From the NCBI RefSeq assembly GCF_027921745.1, contig NC_079239.1, positions 2,480,001-2,544,000 on the forward strand: a stretch of DNA of 64,000 nt. The letters are read 5' to 3'. The position numbers were made by a program, and so were the translations under genes. Under the pieces are notes generated by a model. That model did no database searches, had not been told where the DNA came from, and saw nothing but the letters and a program-made list of their open reading frames with translations. This document shows positions 47,240 through 59,585 of this stretch, piece by piece (positions within the stretch are counted from its first letter, which is position 1; each line of letters begins with the position of its first letter). This stretch comes from Schizosaccharomyces osmophilus. Its lineage: Eukaryota.

Positions 47240-48472
47240 TCACGGTCTTCTAGGGTTCGTAGTTAGTAATCTCTGAATAATAATAGCAGGAATAAAAACA
47301 GTAATCATAGAAGAGATAGTCGTGCTTGGGAAGACATTCCAAGCATACTCCTGAAGTCCCCATAGTAGTATGGTCTGGAGCATGGAAAAGTTGGCTTGAT
47401 AAAGCATGTAGGGAACATACCAAGCAAACCATGCATAGAATTGGTAATGGAGTGAGCGAGCGCAAAGGATACCAATAAGGTTGCTTGTAGTAAGGCTGGT
47501 TAAAATAAAATCAACGGAGATGGGAGCGACCGATGAAAGCGGTTGAAGGGTCAACATGGACCAGACCATTTGTAAAGGAGAGGCTTTTGATGGATAGTTC
47601 CATCTCTTGACAGCAAACACAACCAAAAGAAAAACGTGTAAAAAGATGACAACGAGAGAAAAAAGCGGAGAGTAGAAAATAAACTTTGGAAGAAAGCGCC
47701 AGTTGACTGTCCACTTGTAATCAAAAACCCTACCAAAGTCGAAAGCTTGAGTCCAATAGCTCCAGATAAAGCTAGAAAAGGGAATCGAAAAAAGCAGTTG
47801 CACAAAGGCAAATGAAAAAATATTCAGCCAAGTCTTTTTTGGTCCAACAGACTGTAAAAGGACAACAAGATAAGCGGGAAGGAAAAGGAGAGATGACATT
47901 TTAATGGAACAAGCAATACTCAAGAAAATGGTGGAAGTTGTCCATTTCCTTTTACAAGCAAACAATATAAACAAAGAAGCAAAAAGGCTGTTAAAACTGT
48001 CGTTGAAGAGTCTCAAGATGAAAATACTGTGGAGCCGTTTGGACAAGATCAGTAGCCCATAAAGATATAAAGGGACATGGACGGTTTTGAAGATCCAGCC
48101 AACGATAAAACTAGAACACAGGTATACAAAAGCAAAGATGTACTGGGCTTTGACGATATTCGTCCCGTGATCTGTCAGAAAGTATAGCAACGTGTATAGT
48201 AAAACGTGACCACCTGGATAAACGAGAGGACCGGTAGAGCCAACTAAGGACCGGTAGTCTCTCTCGCCAGAAAGGAAGCTACCGATTTGCTCCATGTAAG
48301 CAATCCAATCGATTTCTGTATAAGGGACATTGGAAATAATAAACATGACAAAAGGGACTTCGAGCCATAGGATACGGGTAGGATGAAACCATTTTGAGGA
48401 AAGAAAGCGGAAAATCAAGAGAAAAGGATCAAACCTATTTGGGCCTGATCGAATAGGAGAGGGAAGGAGCAT
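47240..48472 (-). CDS. alg3: Dol-P-Man:Man5GlcNAc2-PP-Dol alpha-1,3-mannosyltransferase
   Basis: [34 protein letters not shown] and [11 protein letters not shown] motifs. Confidence 0.95.
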   Translation of the reverse strand: MLLPSPIRSGPNRFDPFLLIFRFLSSKWFHPTRILWLEVPFVMFIISNVPYTEIDWIAYMEQIGSFLSGERDYRSLVGSTGPLVYPGGHVLLYTLLYFLTDHGTNIVKAQYIFAFVYLCSSFIVGWIFKTVHVPLYLYGLLILSKRLHSIFILRLFNDSFNSLFASLFILFACKRKWTTSTIFLSIACSIKMSSLLFLPAYLVVLLQSVGPKKTWLNIFSFAFVQLLFSIPFSSFIWSYWTQAFDFGRVFDYKWTVNWRFLPKFIFYSPLFSLVVIFLHVFLLVVFAVKRWNYPSKASPLQMVWSMLTLQPLSSVAPISVDFILTSLTTSNLIGILCARSLHYQFYAWFAWYVPYMLYQANFSMLQTILLWGLQEYAWNVFPSTTISSMITVFIPAIIIQRLLTTNPRRP

Positions 48473-49143
48473 GGTAGGACAAGAAGAACGAAAAGTGCTG
48501 TGTACTATGGGAACAATAAAAAACAGGAAACCGCAAACGTATTCGTTTTCAAATATTGGTTCTTATATATTACAACTAGAAAAGGAACACTCAACTTGGA
48601 AAATGATCCAAGAGACGTAAACAAACTCCAAGGAGCGAAAAAACAAAACTGACAACGAAAACTTGAAACAAGATATAGCAACGGCAAAAAAATTCAAATA
48701 GAATAGAAAATATTCATGAGATGAGTGAAAAAGAATCCAAAACACTCAGTTGGTAGTTTTTAGGATGTTCATACAGTCATGATGAAGTAGAGAAGAAAGA
48801 CATGCGATTTCAAGGATCTATAATTCTTGGCACTGACCAGTACGAAGAGAAAAGTATCTTTTCCTAAGCAAATAAATCGAACCTGCTTAGTTTGCTACAT
48901 TTTCCAACACGAGCGATACCATTATGGAAACAAAAAAACATAAAAAGGACTACAATGACAACTGTAACGACATACTTAGCTTATGATGACTATTTTCGTT
49001 TGCAAAGCAAAGCAAAGTAAAGTGAATATATACTAATTCATTCATTCAAATATTCAACACAAAAACATTATTTAAAAAGAGGAATCCTATGTTACCAAAA
49101 GCTAGACAGAATTGGATTGCAAAAACGATCATGCTCATTACAT

Positions 49144-49455
49144 TTAAAGGTTCTCCTTGATAGCAGCCTCGAGCTTGGCAGGGTTGGCACCAACGACTTC
49201 AGCAATCTTTTGACCGCTCTTGTAGAGGAAGAAGGAGGGCATAGCATGAACACCAGCCTCGGCAGCAATTTCGCTCAATTCATCAACATCGACCTTGATA
49301 AACTCGGCCTCGCTGTAGGTCTTGGAAAATTGATCGACCTTGGGAGCAATAGCCTTGCAAGGACCACACCATGTAGCAAAGAAATCGACAACAACAAGCT
49401 TGTTTTGGGCAATAACGGCCTTGAAGTCTTCAGTCTTGGAAATTTGGTTTACCAT
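49144..49455 (-). CDS. trx1: Cytosolic thioredoxin
   Basis: 103 aa with WCGPC active site. Confidence 0.96.
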   Translation of the reverse strand: MVNQISKTEDFKAVIAQNKLVVVDFFATWCGPCKAIAPKVDQFSKTYSEAEFIKVDVDELSEIAAEAGVHAMPSFFLYKSGQKIAEVVGANPAKLEAAIKENL

Positions 49456-49650
49456 TTTATATGTAGAAAGTATTTAACGATTGGGCGTGTAATAAAGAAA
49501 TTATTACTATAAAAAACTTTTGGTGTTTTCTTAGATTTGTTGATGGTTCTTGTTAAGTACCAAAAGCCCTATATATACTGTAAATCCCCACGTTGCTTAC
49601 GCGATATCGCTTATGTTGATGAAGCGGTCCAGAGCCTCGTCCTTGTTGGG

Positions 49651-49722
49651 ATGACGTCTAGCTTTAAAATACTTTTCCAGAATAGTGGTCTGAATAACAT
49701 TTTCGAACCCATATATGACTAA
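49651..49722. promoter_or_regulatory. CRE (Atf1/Pcr1) and AP-1-like sites in trx1 promoter
   Basis: ATGACGT at 49651-49657 and TGACTAA at 49716-49722; TATATA near 49570. Confidence 0.5.
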
Positions 49723-51291
49723 CCACGCTCTGGTACGCTATTATTATATCAGCGAGATTTGTAATGAATTGACGAAAAGGTAAACAAAAGAAATCCTCGA
49801 AATGTAGCGAGGAAAAGAAACCATATGACTGGAAAAGAAGAATCAAGATCTTTTTAAAGGGAGTTAAATAATATTTCGATTTTGATTTCGTTTGGTCGTT
49901 TGGTCGGGCGTACGTGCCTGTGTGAAGACGTATGGACTTTCAAACGAGAATGCCAAGTTTCGACGTGAAGTCGTTGCTTCGATTTTTTTGTTGTTTTTTT
50001 TGACAGCCCTAAAAGGCCTTTGTATCCTTATAAATCGTTGGAACGCAGGTTTCGAAACGCATGCCAGCCTTTTCTTCCTGCAATGGAAACGCCTATAAAT
50101 TATCGTTTTGGAGTGAAGTAGAATACGATGTAAATGATATTAACGAGGAAATAATGTGATACCACAAAATCGTATCAATTGGCTCTTTACAGAGTTAAAA
50201 AGGATTTTTTTTTCAAACCTATCATAGAAACAAGTGACTCCCTTTGCTAATAGTTGAAAACCGGCAAATTTCCACCTTTCCAACCAACGAGTCTATTTAT
50301 CCATTGTTAATTCCATTATCGAGTGGGATTCAGATCGCTACTGTCTCAAATATCCCAAAGACCTCCCTTTAAAACGGCTTAAAGCCTTTTGAAAGCCATA
50401 AAACAACTTGTGTATGCTTCCATCCAAATCATGGATCGATTTTTCTTTGCGTTGTTTATTTTATCATATGGTCTAGTATGATATTGGCATATCGTGATCT
50501 TGTAGTACGATTTTCGTGAAACCATACGAGATGAATAGAAAAACAACCGCGGCTATTGAACGTTTGATTCCTTTACTTCTCTGTTCTCCTTTTGCTTTCC
50601 ATAACAAAAACGACAGAAAAAAGAAAAAGAAAAAAATGGATTCATTGACTCACTGTGGATTACGGAATCTTGGTATAACGCTACGGAACGCTCTGTAGTG
50701 AAAGGATCTTGCAAGCGTCTCATGCAACGACTCTCCTTTCCTTTGCAACTCTCTGTAAACAAAAAAGACAAATCCAAAGGTTCTCTCCATCATCATGTCT
50801 GATACACAGCTTCAAAACATTGTAAGTACTTTTGGTGTCTCCATGATGTTTTTAATCGTCTTTTACCATTACCTTTCGCGTTCGCAAAAGTAATGCACAG
50901 AGTATCCAGCCGAAGGATTCCACGTAAGAGCTGCTCTCTTTGCCCTGGTTTGTTTGATTTACGTCTTTCCTTTTCGTTTTGATTCCAAACCATCAAGCAA
51001 AATATAGGAAAGACAATTCAATCATTGTTGTGCTTGTTACGGAAACTGTCCTGTTCTTTCCTCCTTCATCTCCTTCCATCCTCTGCTTTGTCTCTCTCTT
51101 TCTAGCTCTCTTTTATTTTTATTTTTTTATTTTTTATATTGGAGGCTTCTGTATTGAAGGTTTTCATATTTATCAACTCAAACCGATATTTCTTTAATCT
51201 ATTACTCACAACAGTTACGAATTCTCTTTCATGATGAAATTGCTTGCTTTTCTTTTCTGGTAATGTGTTTGCGTTTTCCGCGAATTCGCAC

Positions 51292-52140
51292 TCAATAAAG
51301 GAAAGGAAAAAGGATCCACTTTGGCCCGCTCTTGGTAGTTTTCACTTTTTGGAAGGCTTGTGTCGATGTTTGCGAGTAAGATGTTGCAACATTCGTCATG
51401 CTAACCAAAATCCATCCGTAGACAAGCCATATGATCCAGTGGTTGATTATGCATAGGAACCCGGTATAAAGAATGACTTCCCCAAAGTAATGAGCTCCAG
51501 CAATCCAACGAAATCCACTTTTCTGGAGAGGTAGATAGGAACGCTGGTGTTTTTGTGCAATCAAATGCTCATGGCTCGCATTCTGCCACACGCTTCCAAA
51601 GACATACAACCCCAGTCCAATTCCTTGTTTCCAGCCTGCATGTTGTTCATAATCCCCTAAACATGCAACCAGAATAGCTAGAAAAGTATGCGAATAGAAA
51701 AAGTATCCCAACAAGTAATGTGTTATTTGCATTTTTGATCCAGTATTGCGAAAGCGAAGGCTTTCATACAACCGACGTAGCATGTGAATTCCAAATAGAG
51801 TCAATGAAACTTGTGCTTTCTTACTGTTTAGTAACTCTGTCTGTGCTGCCTGGAGTACAGGATCCTGCCACGAAGTCGAAAGCACAAAGGACACATAACA
51901 CACGATGAGAATACATCCATATGCATAGAAATGCCAGAACCAGTGTTTAGGAACCTGTAGCTTTGAAAAAACCCGAGGCGCACTGTTTTCCTTGGAATCC
52001 CCGTGACCGCTGTACATTGTCAACCATTTCCACTTGATTATTTTTGGTACAACAAGTACACTGATCGTTGTAGCTACAAAGTATAAGGCCAACTCAATTT
52101 TTAATAACAGAACCCAAGTCTCTAATTGTAATTGCAACAT
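51292..52140 (-). CDS. dfg10: Polyprenal/polyprenol reductase (steroid 5-alpha-reductase family, SRD5A3-like)
   Basis: VPKHWFWHFY, RRLYES, HYLLGYFFY and AHYFGEVILY motifs; first ATG at 52140. Confidence 0.85.
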   Translation of the reverse strand: MLQLQLETWVLLLKIELALYFVATTISVLVVPKIIKWKWLTMYSGHGDSKENSAPRVFSKLQVPKHWFWHFYAYGCILIVCYVSFVLSTSWQDPVLQAAQTELLNSKKAQVSLTLFGIHMLRRLYESLRFRNTGSKMQITHYLLGYFFYSHTFLAILVACLGDYEQHAGWKQGIGLGLYVFGSVWQNASHEHLIAQKHQRSYLPLQKSGFRWIAGAHYFGEVILYTGFLCIINHWIIWLVYGWILVSMTNVATSYSQTSTQAFQKVKTTKSGPKWILFPFLY

Positions 52141-53628
52141 TTCGAAACCCAAAATGATGTGACATACATAAGTATACGGCTTAACTATTAGGAGCAATTT
52201 TTGTCTTCCAATAAGTAAAAAATAGAATTGCAATTGGAAAATAGAACGGATAGCGGGTTTTGCTTCTTAGGACTCTACAACAAGAACCAAAAGCTGCTTT
52301 CTTGGTAGTTCACCTAACAAGCAGGAATTGCTAAAAATAGGATTTTCAACGACCTACGTAAGCTTGATAGAATTTTTTTTCCTTTTTTTTTTTTTTCGTG
52401 TTCTTTTAAAGGAAAAGGAATGTTTTGTGGTTTCTATTCGCTTGCTTGCTATGTTGACTAGTATGAAACTTTTCTTCAGTCATTTCTAGAATTCTCCTAT
52501 CAGGCTTAACTTGCCATTATGAATAGTTAAATACATAACTACGCAATCATTTCTTCTCACTCAAGTCAGGCAAATTTGGTACGGTTATGCTTTCTTGCCC
52601 GAAGAACCTTTTTTTGGAATTCTAAGTCAGGATGATACTTTGAAAAAAAATGGAATTATTGATACTTTAAGGAAGAAGCAAGCAAGTGAAGTCGGTTTCA
52701 GTGGTACCCCTTTCTGTTTTTGCATGTATGTTAATGTACATATTTTACATACTACTCGGGAAATACGATCCTGTTTGGAAATGCTTAGAAACTCAGTTTG
52801 CCATATGATTTGTTAATACTGGATGGGTTGGCAATTGCTTTGTTTTCGTACAGAAGAGGAAATATATCCAGCTCACAGCCTAGCAGAAGCTAGGCTTAAT
52901 AACAATCGGAAACTATTGAATTGTTGTCACCTCCATGTTGCCGATTTCTACTTTCAATATTAGATCTCTGCTCATCTTGGCCATAAAATCGTGTGCTCAA
53001 CCTGACATTGCAATCAGGAGGACTAAAAGTTTAGCAATGGCCTGTACCAAAAGAGGCAATTCCATGAGTTGCTTAATCAAATCCAACGATACGAAACCAA
53101 TGTTTGGAAAGCAAGCAATAATACATGCACCTTGGAAGTGTTTCAAACAAACTTTCTGACTCTCCTGTTCAGTGTAAAGTATACTGTTTCATTTCATGGT
53201 TTTTGGAAACGAGCATAGAATGGAAGGTCTTAATTGACTAATGCGTTCTATTCATATTTTTTCTGAAAGTAGAAGGGATTTCGTATCTAGAATAAGTGTA
53301 TATCTATGCACATATTACAATCATTGCATGTATATTGTACTCGATTTATCGATCTTGATTTCTCCTGTTAGTCCATTAATAATTCAATTGTCAAAAATAT
53401 GATTTTATAACATAAAAAGTTTCTTTATCACAAATGATAAGTAAAACCAGGCTTGTCGTATTTACCCTTTTGTGGAGGGAATTTCTACTTTAGGCCTATA
53501 TCCTTCGTACAGTTATAAAACACACATATAACTCTGGTGCTGGAGATTGAACGTTAAGCATTACAAATTTCCTTTTTTATAATTTTTCAAAGCTATTTTG
53601 TTTAAAAAACGAAGAAATCTGAAGTAAA

Positions 53629-55284
53629 ATGGCTTCTGATGACATTAACTTTGAAGTAAGTTTTCTGGAATTGGCTTTGCCCTTCCTAGAGGAAGACTCC
53701 CATACTAATTATCATTACTAAACAGAATGTTGCCTCTCCTCCTCCGGCCGCATTGGATAATCCCAAAATCGACAGAGTTGTAGACAATGCTCGTAGTGCA
53801 GCAATTCCTTGGCATGGTTATCAACGATCGGGCATCTTAACCGAGAGTGAATATGAGTTAATCTCAGACGTCGTTGGAAAATCAATAGACGTCTATAAAA
53901 GATTTGTCGAATCTGTAAGTTTTCTCACTTTGTTCTACCTCGATTAGTTGATCTCTTTGTTTTTGCTTTACAGCTCTATGACTAACGCCTATAAAGGATG
54001 TAAAGCTATATACGAATTTATTCTTGAAGTTGTTTTCGATCACAACGAACCCTGACATTTTACACTATGCTTTTGTGAAAGTGGCCGATGCTTTATTAAG
54101 TATGTCTTGACTTAAGAGACGATAGTGCTAACTCGTCGAATTTAGATTCCAAAGACTTTTCTTTATTTTTTATTCCATTGCTCTTTAAATTCCTTAAAGA
54201 AAATGAAAGGTATGTCATATATCCATACATTAAAGTGAACCTATGTTTCCTAATTAGTTTAAAAATTCACTAACTTACTTTTTAGCTACTTTGACAATCT
54301 CGGAGACGATGGAAAGTTATTGTTTGCTCGTGTGTTTGCTTTGGCAAACTTATATGTGGCTTGCAGTTGTCCCAAAATGTTTACTGTATTTTTAGAGTAC
54401 TTAAGCAAGCTTATGATAAGCTCAGACAACTGTCTATGCTTATTTGCCGCTCAATGTCTTGCTTCCATGTTGAGCCTGAAAGCTCATCGTTATGCTGTAT
54501 GGGCAGAAGGTTCTTGCCCTTCTCGTTTAGCCGAGCTACTTCGAACTTCTTCTGATTCTCAACTGCAATACTATTCCCTTTTCTGCTTTTGGCTACTTAC
54601 GTTTGAAAGTCCCATTGCCAAAGAGGTCAATAAACCCTTTGATCTTGTCAATGTAATGGTTCAGATTGCAAGATCGGATACAAAAATCAAGGTTTATCGT
54701 TTGATCCTCGCTATATTTTCCAATCTTTTGCAAAAAGCTCCTAATGAAAATATATTTACTATGCTCCTTGAAAACGTTGATAAAGTCGTTAAAGTACTTC
54801 AGCGAAGAAAGTGGGCTGACGAAGAAATCCTTGGTTATATGGAATATATACTTTCAACATTGGAAGTAAGTTCTCAGCATTTATCCACATTTGATATCTA
54901 CAAATCTGAAATAAAAAGCGGCCAACTCCAATGGTCGCCTTCTCATCGCTCAGAACAATTTTGGATGGAGAATGTTACGAAACTCAATTCTGATAATTGC
55001 TCCCTGCTTAAAAAGTTATTTCAAAAATTACAAACCAATGACAACTCTACTTCGCTCGCTGTTGCATGCCATGATTTAGGTGCATACATAACATACTACC
55101 CCAAGGGCAAAAGCGTCTTGGTGAAGTATGGCATGAAACAACGTATTATGGAACTCATGAGCCATCCTGATCCAGAAGTTCGGTTTGAAGCGCTCAATAC
55201 CGTTCAAAGATTAATGACTGAGGTTTGGTATGTTTATATTTAATTGAATGATCATTTTAATACTAACCGATTAGGAATAATTAA
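53629..55284 (+). CDS. vma13: V-ATPase V1 subunit H, about 6 exons (53629-53655, 53726-53914, 53997-54099, 54146-54209, 54286-55227, 55275-55284)
   Basis: IPWHGYQRSG, QLQYYSLFCFWLLTF, LQWSPSHRSEQFW and LAVACHDLG motifs; canonical GTAAGT/GTATGT-CTAAY-AG introns. Confidence 0.9.
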
Positions 55285-55504
55285 TAATTTTATCTTATGA
55301 ATTAATATCGATTCTAAGCTCATCTCCTTCGCTAATTTTTTTTAACTTTGATGCCATCTGATTTAATATGCAATCTATTTTTCTGTCATTCATTTTTGGT
55401 AGTAAAGCAAAGAAAGTGATTTTTATTTAATCAGATTGTTGTTGATTACTGCTTTTACGTAGAGCACAATACCATATTGGTAGTTGCTGATATGCTAATA
55501 ATAT

Positions 55505-57832
55505 TCAATCTTGAGGAACGCCTAAGACCCATCCTAAACCATTGGCAAATGAACTAGTGACCTTTTTGGCTATATCTTCTTCATCGTTATGTGAAAACTC
55601 TTGGTCGGGATGGACTGGGGGATCGGATTCATCATAATTTACATCGACACCGTCTTTCGCGGGCGCATCTACTTCGGCTGCAGCAAGAGACCACTCCTTG
55701 TCAAAGTCATATTCGTCTCCATCTTCATGTAATTCTTCGTGATTAACAGGTTCGTTAAGTTCTGGAAAAGCATCAGCATCCAAGTCACTCTCTGTTTCAT
55801 CTTTGTCCTTATTTGACTCGAATTCTGTCCAGTAATTAACAACATCATTAAGTTTTTCTTTTGGAGCATTGGCAATGGCAAGTTGAAGCATCTCAAGTCT
55901 TATTTCACGTGAAAGATAATCGTTTAGTGGAGTTTTCCCAATTTTATAACAAGTTTTGTAAATGGTTTCTCGCATACCAGCGCTAGATTCCGCTAATGTA
56001 ACAAGTCTGTCTTCAACTAGTTGCTTTGCCATAATCAAGTCGCTTTTGACCAATGCGGCATCTACACATCGATTCACAACTTGCTCGGTAATTTGGCGAA
56101 GTTGGGTTATAGCATCCTTGTAATTGAATTTTCCACAAGCTTTGTAAATTTCAATCGTGAGAGCCATAAGCTCATCGGCTTGCTGATATGAATGTTCATC
56201 TTGAGTTAGAATGAAGTCTAACAATTTATCAGGATCCAAGTTATCCTCTATTTGCTTAGGCGATAGCGGCTTTCCCTTTTCTATTAGAAAACGATATTGC
56301 TTAATTAAATCAACGGTGTTGATAAGGGCATTAAGACGCCGACGAGTTGTAGTAAGGCTACTGCATTCATCAAACACATCCAGAACTTGACTAGCAGTTT
56401 TTAACTTGCCGCGACTTTTGTTCATACTAGAAGCGGCTCGGAAATTTTCATAAAAGCTAGTTTCCATACAACTTTGAAGAATATCCGGATGAATATCAGG
56501 TAAAGCTAATTGATCCTTCATCTTGTCTAAAACTTTAAAATTTGATATAGATAGTAACATTTTTAGAAATATCAAAGAAATGTCTCTTGATTCTATTTTA
56601 TTAAAAAATAGATGTTGACTCTTCCAGGAGAACGTGACAGAAAAGACACTGTTCCAATCATTGTAGCTGGCAGTCCCCGATTCGCCCAGAGAACTAGAGA
56701 TATACTTTTGGAGGAATGTTTCCTGTGATGCCCTTTCTAAATTGGATAGGTTCAAACAAGCTCGCACACTTGGAACGGGAAACACATTAGCGCTTTTGAG
56801 AATTGGAATAGCATCAATGATACGACTTAATAAAGTAACAGACTCGCTAGTTGGATTCGTAAGATCAGTATCGTTGGATAAGAAAAAGTATATAGAGTTT
56901 TCTATAGGTCCTTTCAAAAGATTATCGTACGGGGCAGGAGAGAGTTTTAACTTTTCCTGTATATTTGCAAGCATTTGTTTTCCTAGAGACAAAGCGGTCG
57001 ATGTCGTTTCGTTGGAGATATAAAGGGAAGATAAAGCAACTTTCATCAATACTAACTTAAGCTTGGTATCGTCAATATTCCAGTGAATAATTAGCTCATG
57101 TAGTATCTCCAAGCCATCCGTTTTAACTAACTGAAGTAGTTTCTCCCATACATACGACCAACTGTCCTGTGAGCCTTCAGATTCAGATTCGGTAGCCAAA
57201 ACAAAAGGGAGGATGACACCGCTCATTATTGCAACACAGTTTTCAGAGCTTAAAATAGGAAAAGAAAGAGAAATAACATCACGAATGGAAGCTTTCTCCA
57301 TTTCATCCAAATCAACGGGAACGGAAGTGAATTGTGAAAGACGGTGAAATACTTCGAAACGCCCGCTGCTCCATTCTCTGATTTCAGAAGGCGCTTGCGA
57401 GCTTTTCATTAATAAGTAAGCTAACTGCACCTGATTTGTTTCTTCAACAATTTTTCTAGAAAAAATAGAGTAAAACTGGGAAACATTCTGAATTGAGGGA
57501 AGGCTGCTTTCCCAAAGTCCCATTCGTTTCAAACGATATTGACATAGCTTGTCTGAAGGAAGTTTCACAGTGGAAGCCACATCCAACGTATTACAAACTT
57601 CTCCCTGATCATTCTCAACATCTATATAAGGGATATAGACAGCAGGTTGGGTTGTTTCTGGTAAGAACTTAACTAACAGAGACAGCCAGTTCTCCAATGT
57701 CAATGACAAAGTGCCATATACAAATTTAGCCTCTGATAAGTTTGCATTCGTAATCAAATACAATAGTAAATACGTTTTTTGAGACTTTGCGAGCAGTTTG
57801 TACCATCTTGGACCTATTTCTTCTTCTTCCAT
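55505..57832 (-). CDS. sec39: Dsl1 tethering complex subunit Sec39
   Basis: 775-aa helical protein; motifs FLPETTQP, ASSMNKSRGKLK and C-terminal NGLGWVLGVP; synteny. Confidence 0.8.
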   Translation of the reverse strand: MEEEEIGPRWYKLLAKSQKTYLLLYLITNANLSEAKFVYGTLSLTLENWLSLLVKFLPETTQPAVYIPYIDVENDQGEVCNTLDVASTVKLPSDKLCQYRLKRMGLWESSLPSIQNVSQFYSIFSRKIVEETNQVQLAYLLMKSSQAPSEIREWSSGRFEVFHRLSQFTSVPVDLDEMEKASIRDVISLSFPILSSENCVAIMSGVILPFVLATESESEGSQDSWSYVWEKLLQLVKTDGLEILHELIIHWNIDDTKLKLVLMKVALSSLYISNETTSTALSLGKQMLANIQEKLKLSPAPYDNLLKGPIENSIYFFLSNDTDLTNPTSESVTLLSRIIDAIPILKSANVFPVPSVRACLNLSNLERASQETFLQKYISSSLGESGTASYNDWNSVFSVTFSWKSQHLFFNKIESRDISLIFLKMLLSISNFKVLDKMKDQLALPDIHPDILQSCMETSFYENFRAASSMNKSRGKLKTASQVLDVFDECSSLTTTRRRLNALINTVDLIKQYRFLIEKGKPLSPKQIEDNLDPDKLLDFILTQDEHSYQQADELMALTIEIYKACGKFNYKDAITQLRQITEQVVNRCVDAALVKSDLIMAKQLVEDRLVTLAESSAGMRETIYKTCYKIGKTPLNDYLSREIRLEMLQLAIANAPKEKLNDVVNYWTEFESNKDKDETESDLDADAFPELNEPVNHEELHEDGDEYDFDKEWSLAAAEVDAPAKDGVDVNYDESDPPVHPDQEFSHNDEEDIAKKVTSSFANGLGWVLGVPQD

Positions 57833-58253
57833 GTTTTGCTCTGAATAGATGATACTTCGAAATCAAACTGGAACTTAAAGTAACCCAGAATAATATTTGT
57901 CTTGATCAAGTAAAGTAATTATAAAATAGCTATGTGAAATACTCTCTTTTTAATTAGCTTGACAAAAGTTCAAAAGCTCTACAATGACCAATAAGCTCGA
58001 AATGAAACTTACATCATTTAGGAAAAGATGCTAAATGCTTTCTTTTTTTTATAATTCACGATTTACTTGTGCAGTTGAGGTATGATCGTGTTCATTTACT
58101 ATAACTGAAATGTTGATATCTTCCATTACTTGCGTATTGCTGTTTCACTTTTGATGGCATTTTATTTGATACTACTGTGTTCTGGTAACATAGGGCCAAC
58201 TGACCTACTTGTTTTGATTAGAAGTATTAAGAAAATGATATTTTGCTCATGTG

Positions 58254-58633
58254 TGTCACAGGTTGAGTCTCACTTTTTATGAGTAAGTATTCAGTGGAAA
58301 CAAATATACAATTAAACAAGAATTGTAATAGAATTGGATTCTTAAATACTACTAGGATGAAATAGTAATAGCTCCCAGGTATCTGATTCACTAAGCAAGT
58401 TGTATGAACAATTTATTTTAGCTAGATCAGTCAAATCTTCCAATCTGAAGAATTGCCAGGTAATTTGCGATTTTGTATAATTTGTAACAAAGTCTTCGTC
58501 TAAAACTATTTTCTCTGTCTTCTTTCGACTCTCTGTCTAAACAGTTTCTTTGTTTACTCATTACATTCATGAATCCTTATTCTTATACAATAATAATATC
58601 ACAGCATTAGTAATATCGTATATGTTCATTACA
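58254..58633 (-). mobile_element. Solo LTR-like element, 380 bp (left arm)
   Basis: Minus strand reads TGTAATGAAC...CTCAACCTGTGACA (TGT...ACA ends). Homologous to 59754-60126 at both termini and over a 121-bp internal block. Strand is inferred from a TATA-like GTATTTAAG. Confidence 0.7.
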
Positions 58634-59585
58634 CCTCTAAGAGTGTCTTTAAAACATCGGCAGGTGTACGCTTTGGCGCAGCGAGCTCAAGTACTTCGCT
58701 GCTGGTTGTGGAAGCTGAGCATTTGCCTTCCCACGCCGTCTCCAGGGCGTGTTTGATGGACAGGATAACGTTCTTTGATTGACCGTTTGCGGCGTGATTG
58801 AGCTCATAAAGTGAGTCAATGAACGATACGTCTTGATAGCTAACTTCCTTGACTTGCGTACCAATATGCTGCTCGACCATGTCCACAATCTGTTTCCCCG
58901 TGATATCCGTGGGTCCATTCAGAACATATTTGGCCCGGTTATACGCAGTAGGATCATCTTGGGATAAGAGATGAGCAGCAAAGACTCCAACATCATAAGA
59001 GTCGATAATGCCAACGGCCGCATCCTTCGACCCCCATATCCTAAGGGTATCCTGCTTTCCAGTTTTACGATACTTTTTAATAAATTCGGCGGCGGTGGAA
59101 AGGTAAAACGATGAAAAAACGTTCGGCTGAAGAGAAGTCCACTGCAAGCTGCTGAATTCCGGCGAGCTCAGGAGAGCCTCAATTGCCCAATGCGTGCGCG
59201 GATAGTAAGCGTTGCAATCCGGACGGACGTTCGCAGCAGTTGTCGAGATCCGCACAACATATTTGATACCAGCGTTGAGGGCGGCAACGTGGAATGTTGA
59301 CTCTTCGGCGAATTGATTCGGTTCGTTGTGGGATGCAATGAACGCTCTGACTACTTGGTGTTCATGAAGCCAGTCAGAGGTGATTTCAACCCAATTCTTC
59401 TCTATCACTTCAACTCCAGGCAGTCCGGCAAGCTGTCGTGCCATTGGACTCTCCGAGGAGCGAGTAAGAGCAATGAGGCGGTACTCAGACAAAGTGTTGC
59501 TTGATTTCAGCAACTTCGGCAGGGTTTCAGTTACACTGCGGCCAGTGTTACCAGTGGCTCCGACAATGAGGATGGAAGGAGCCAT
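58629..59585 (-). CDS. NmrA-like / atypical SDR NAD(P)-binding protein, 318 aa
   Basis: Rossmann motif ILIVGATGNTGRSV, IALTRS, VVRIST, WTSLQPNVF and YVLNGPTDITG; intact, intronless; ATG at 59585. Confidence 0.9.
   Translation of the reverse strand: MAPSILIVGATGNTGRSVTETLPKLLKSSNTLSEYRLIALTRSSESPMARQLAGLPGVEVIEKNWVEITSDWLHEHQVVRAFIASHNEPNQFAEESTFHVAALNAGIKYVVRISTTAANVRPDCNAYYPRTHWAIEALLSSPEFSSLQWTSLQPNVFSSFYLSTAAEFIKKYRKTGKQDTLRIWGSKDAAVGIIDSYDVGVFAAHLLSQDDPTAYNRAKYVLNGPTDITGKQIVDMVEQHIGTQVKEVSYQDVSFIDSLYELNHAANGQSKNVILSIKHALETAWEGKCSASTTSSEVLELAAPKRTPADVLKTLLEV

Noticed and set aside
48779..48836. Possible box C/D snoRNA (ATGATGA...CTGA)
   Set aside because: Only 58 nt, no clear terminal stem, and no guide I can match to fungal rRNA.
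49117..49512. 131-aa antisense ORF over trx1
   Set aside because: Same codon-bias shadow effect; non-ATG start.
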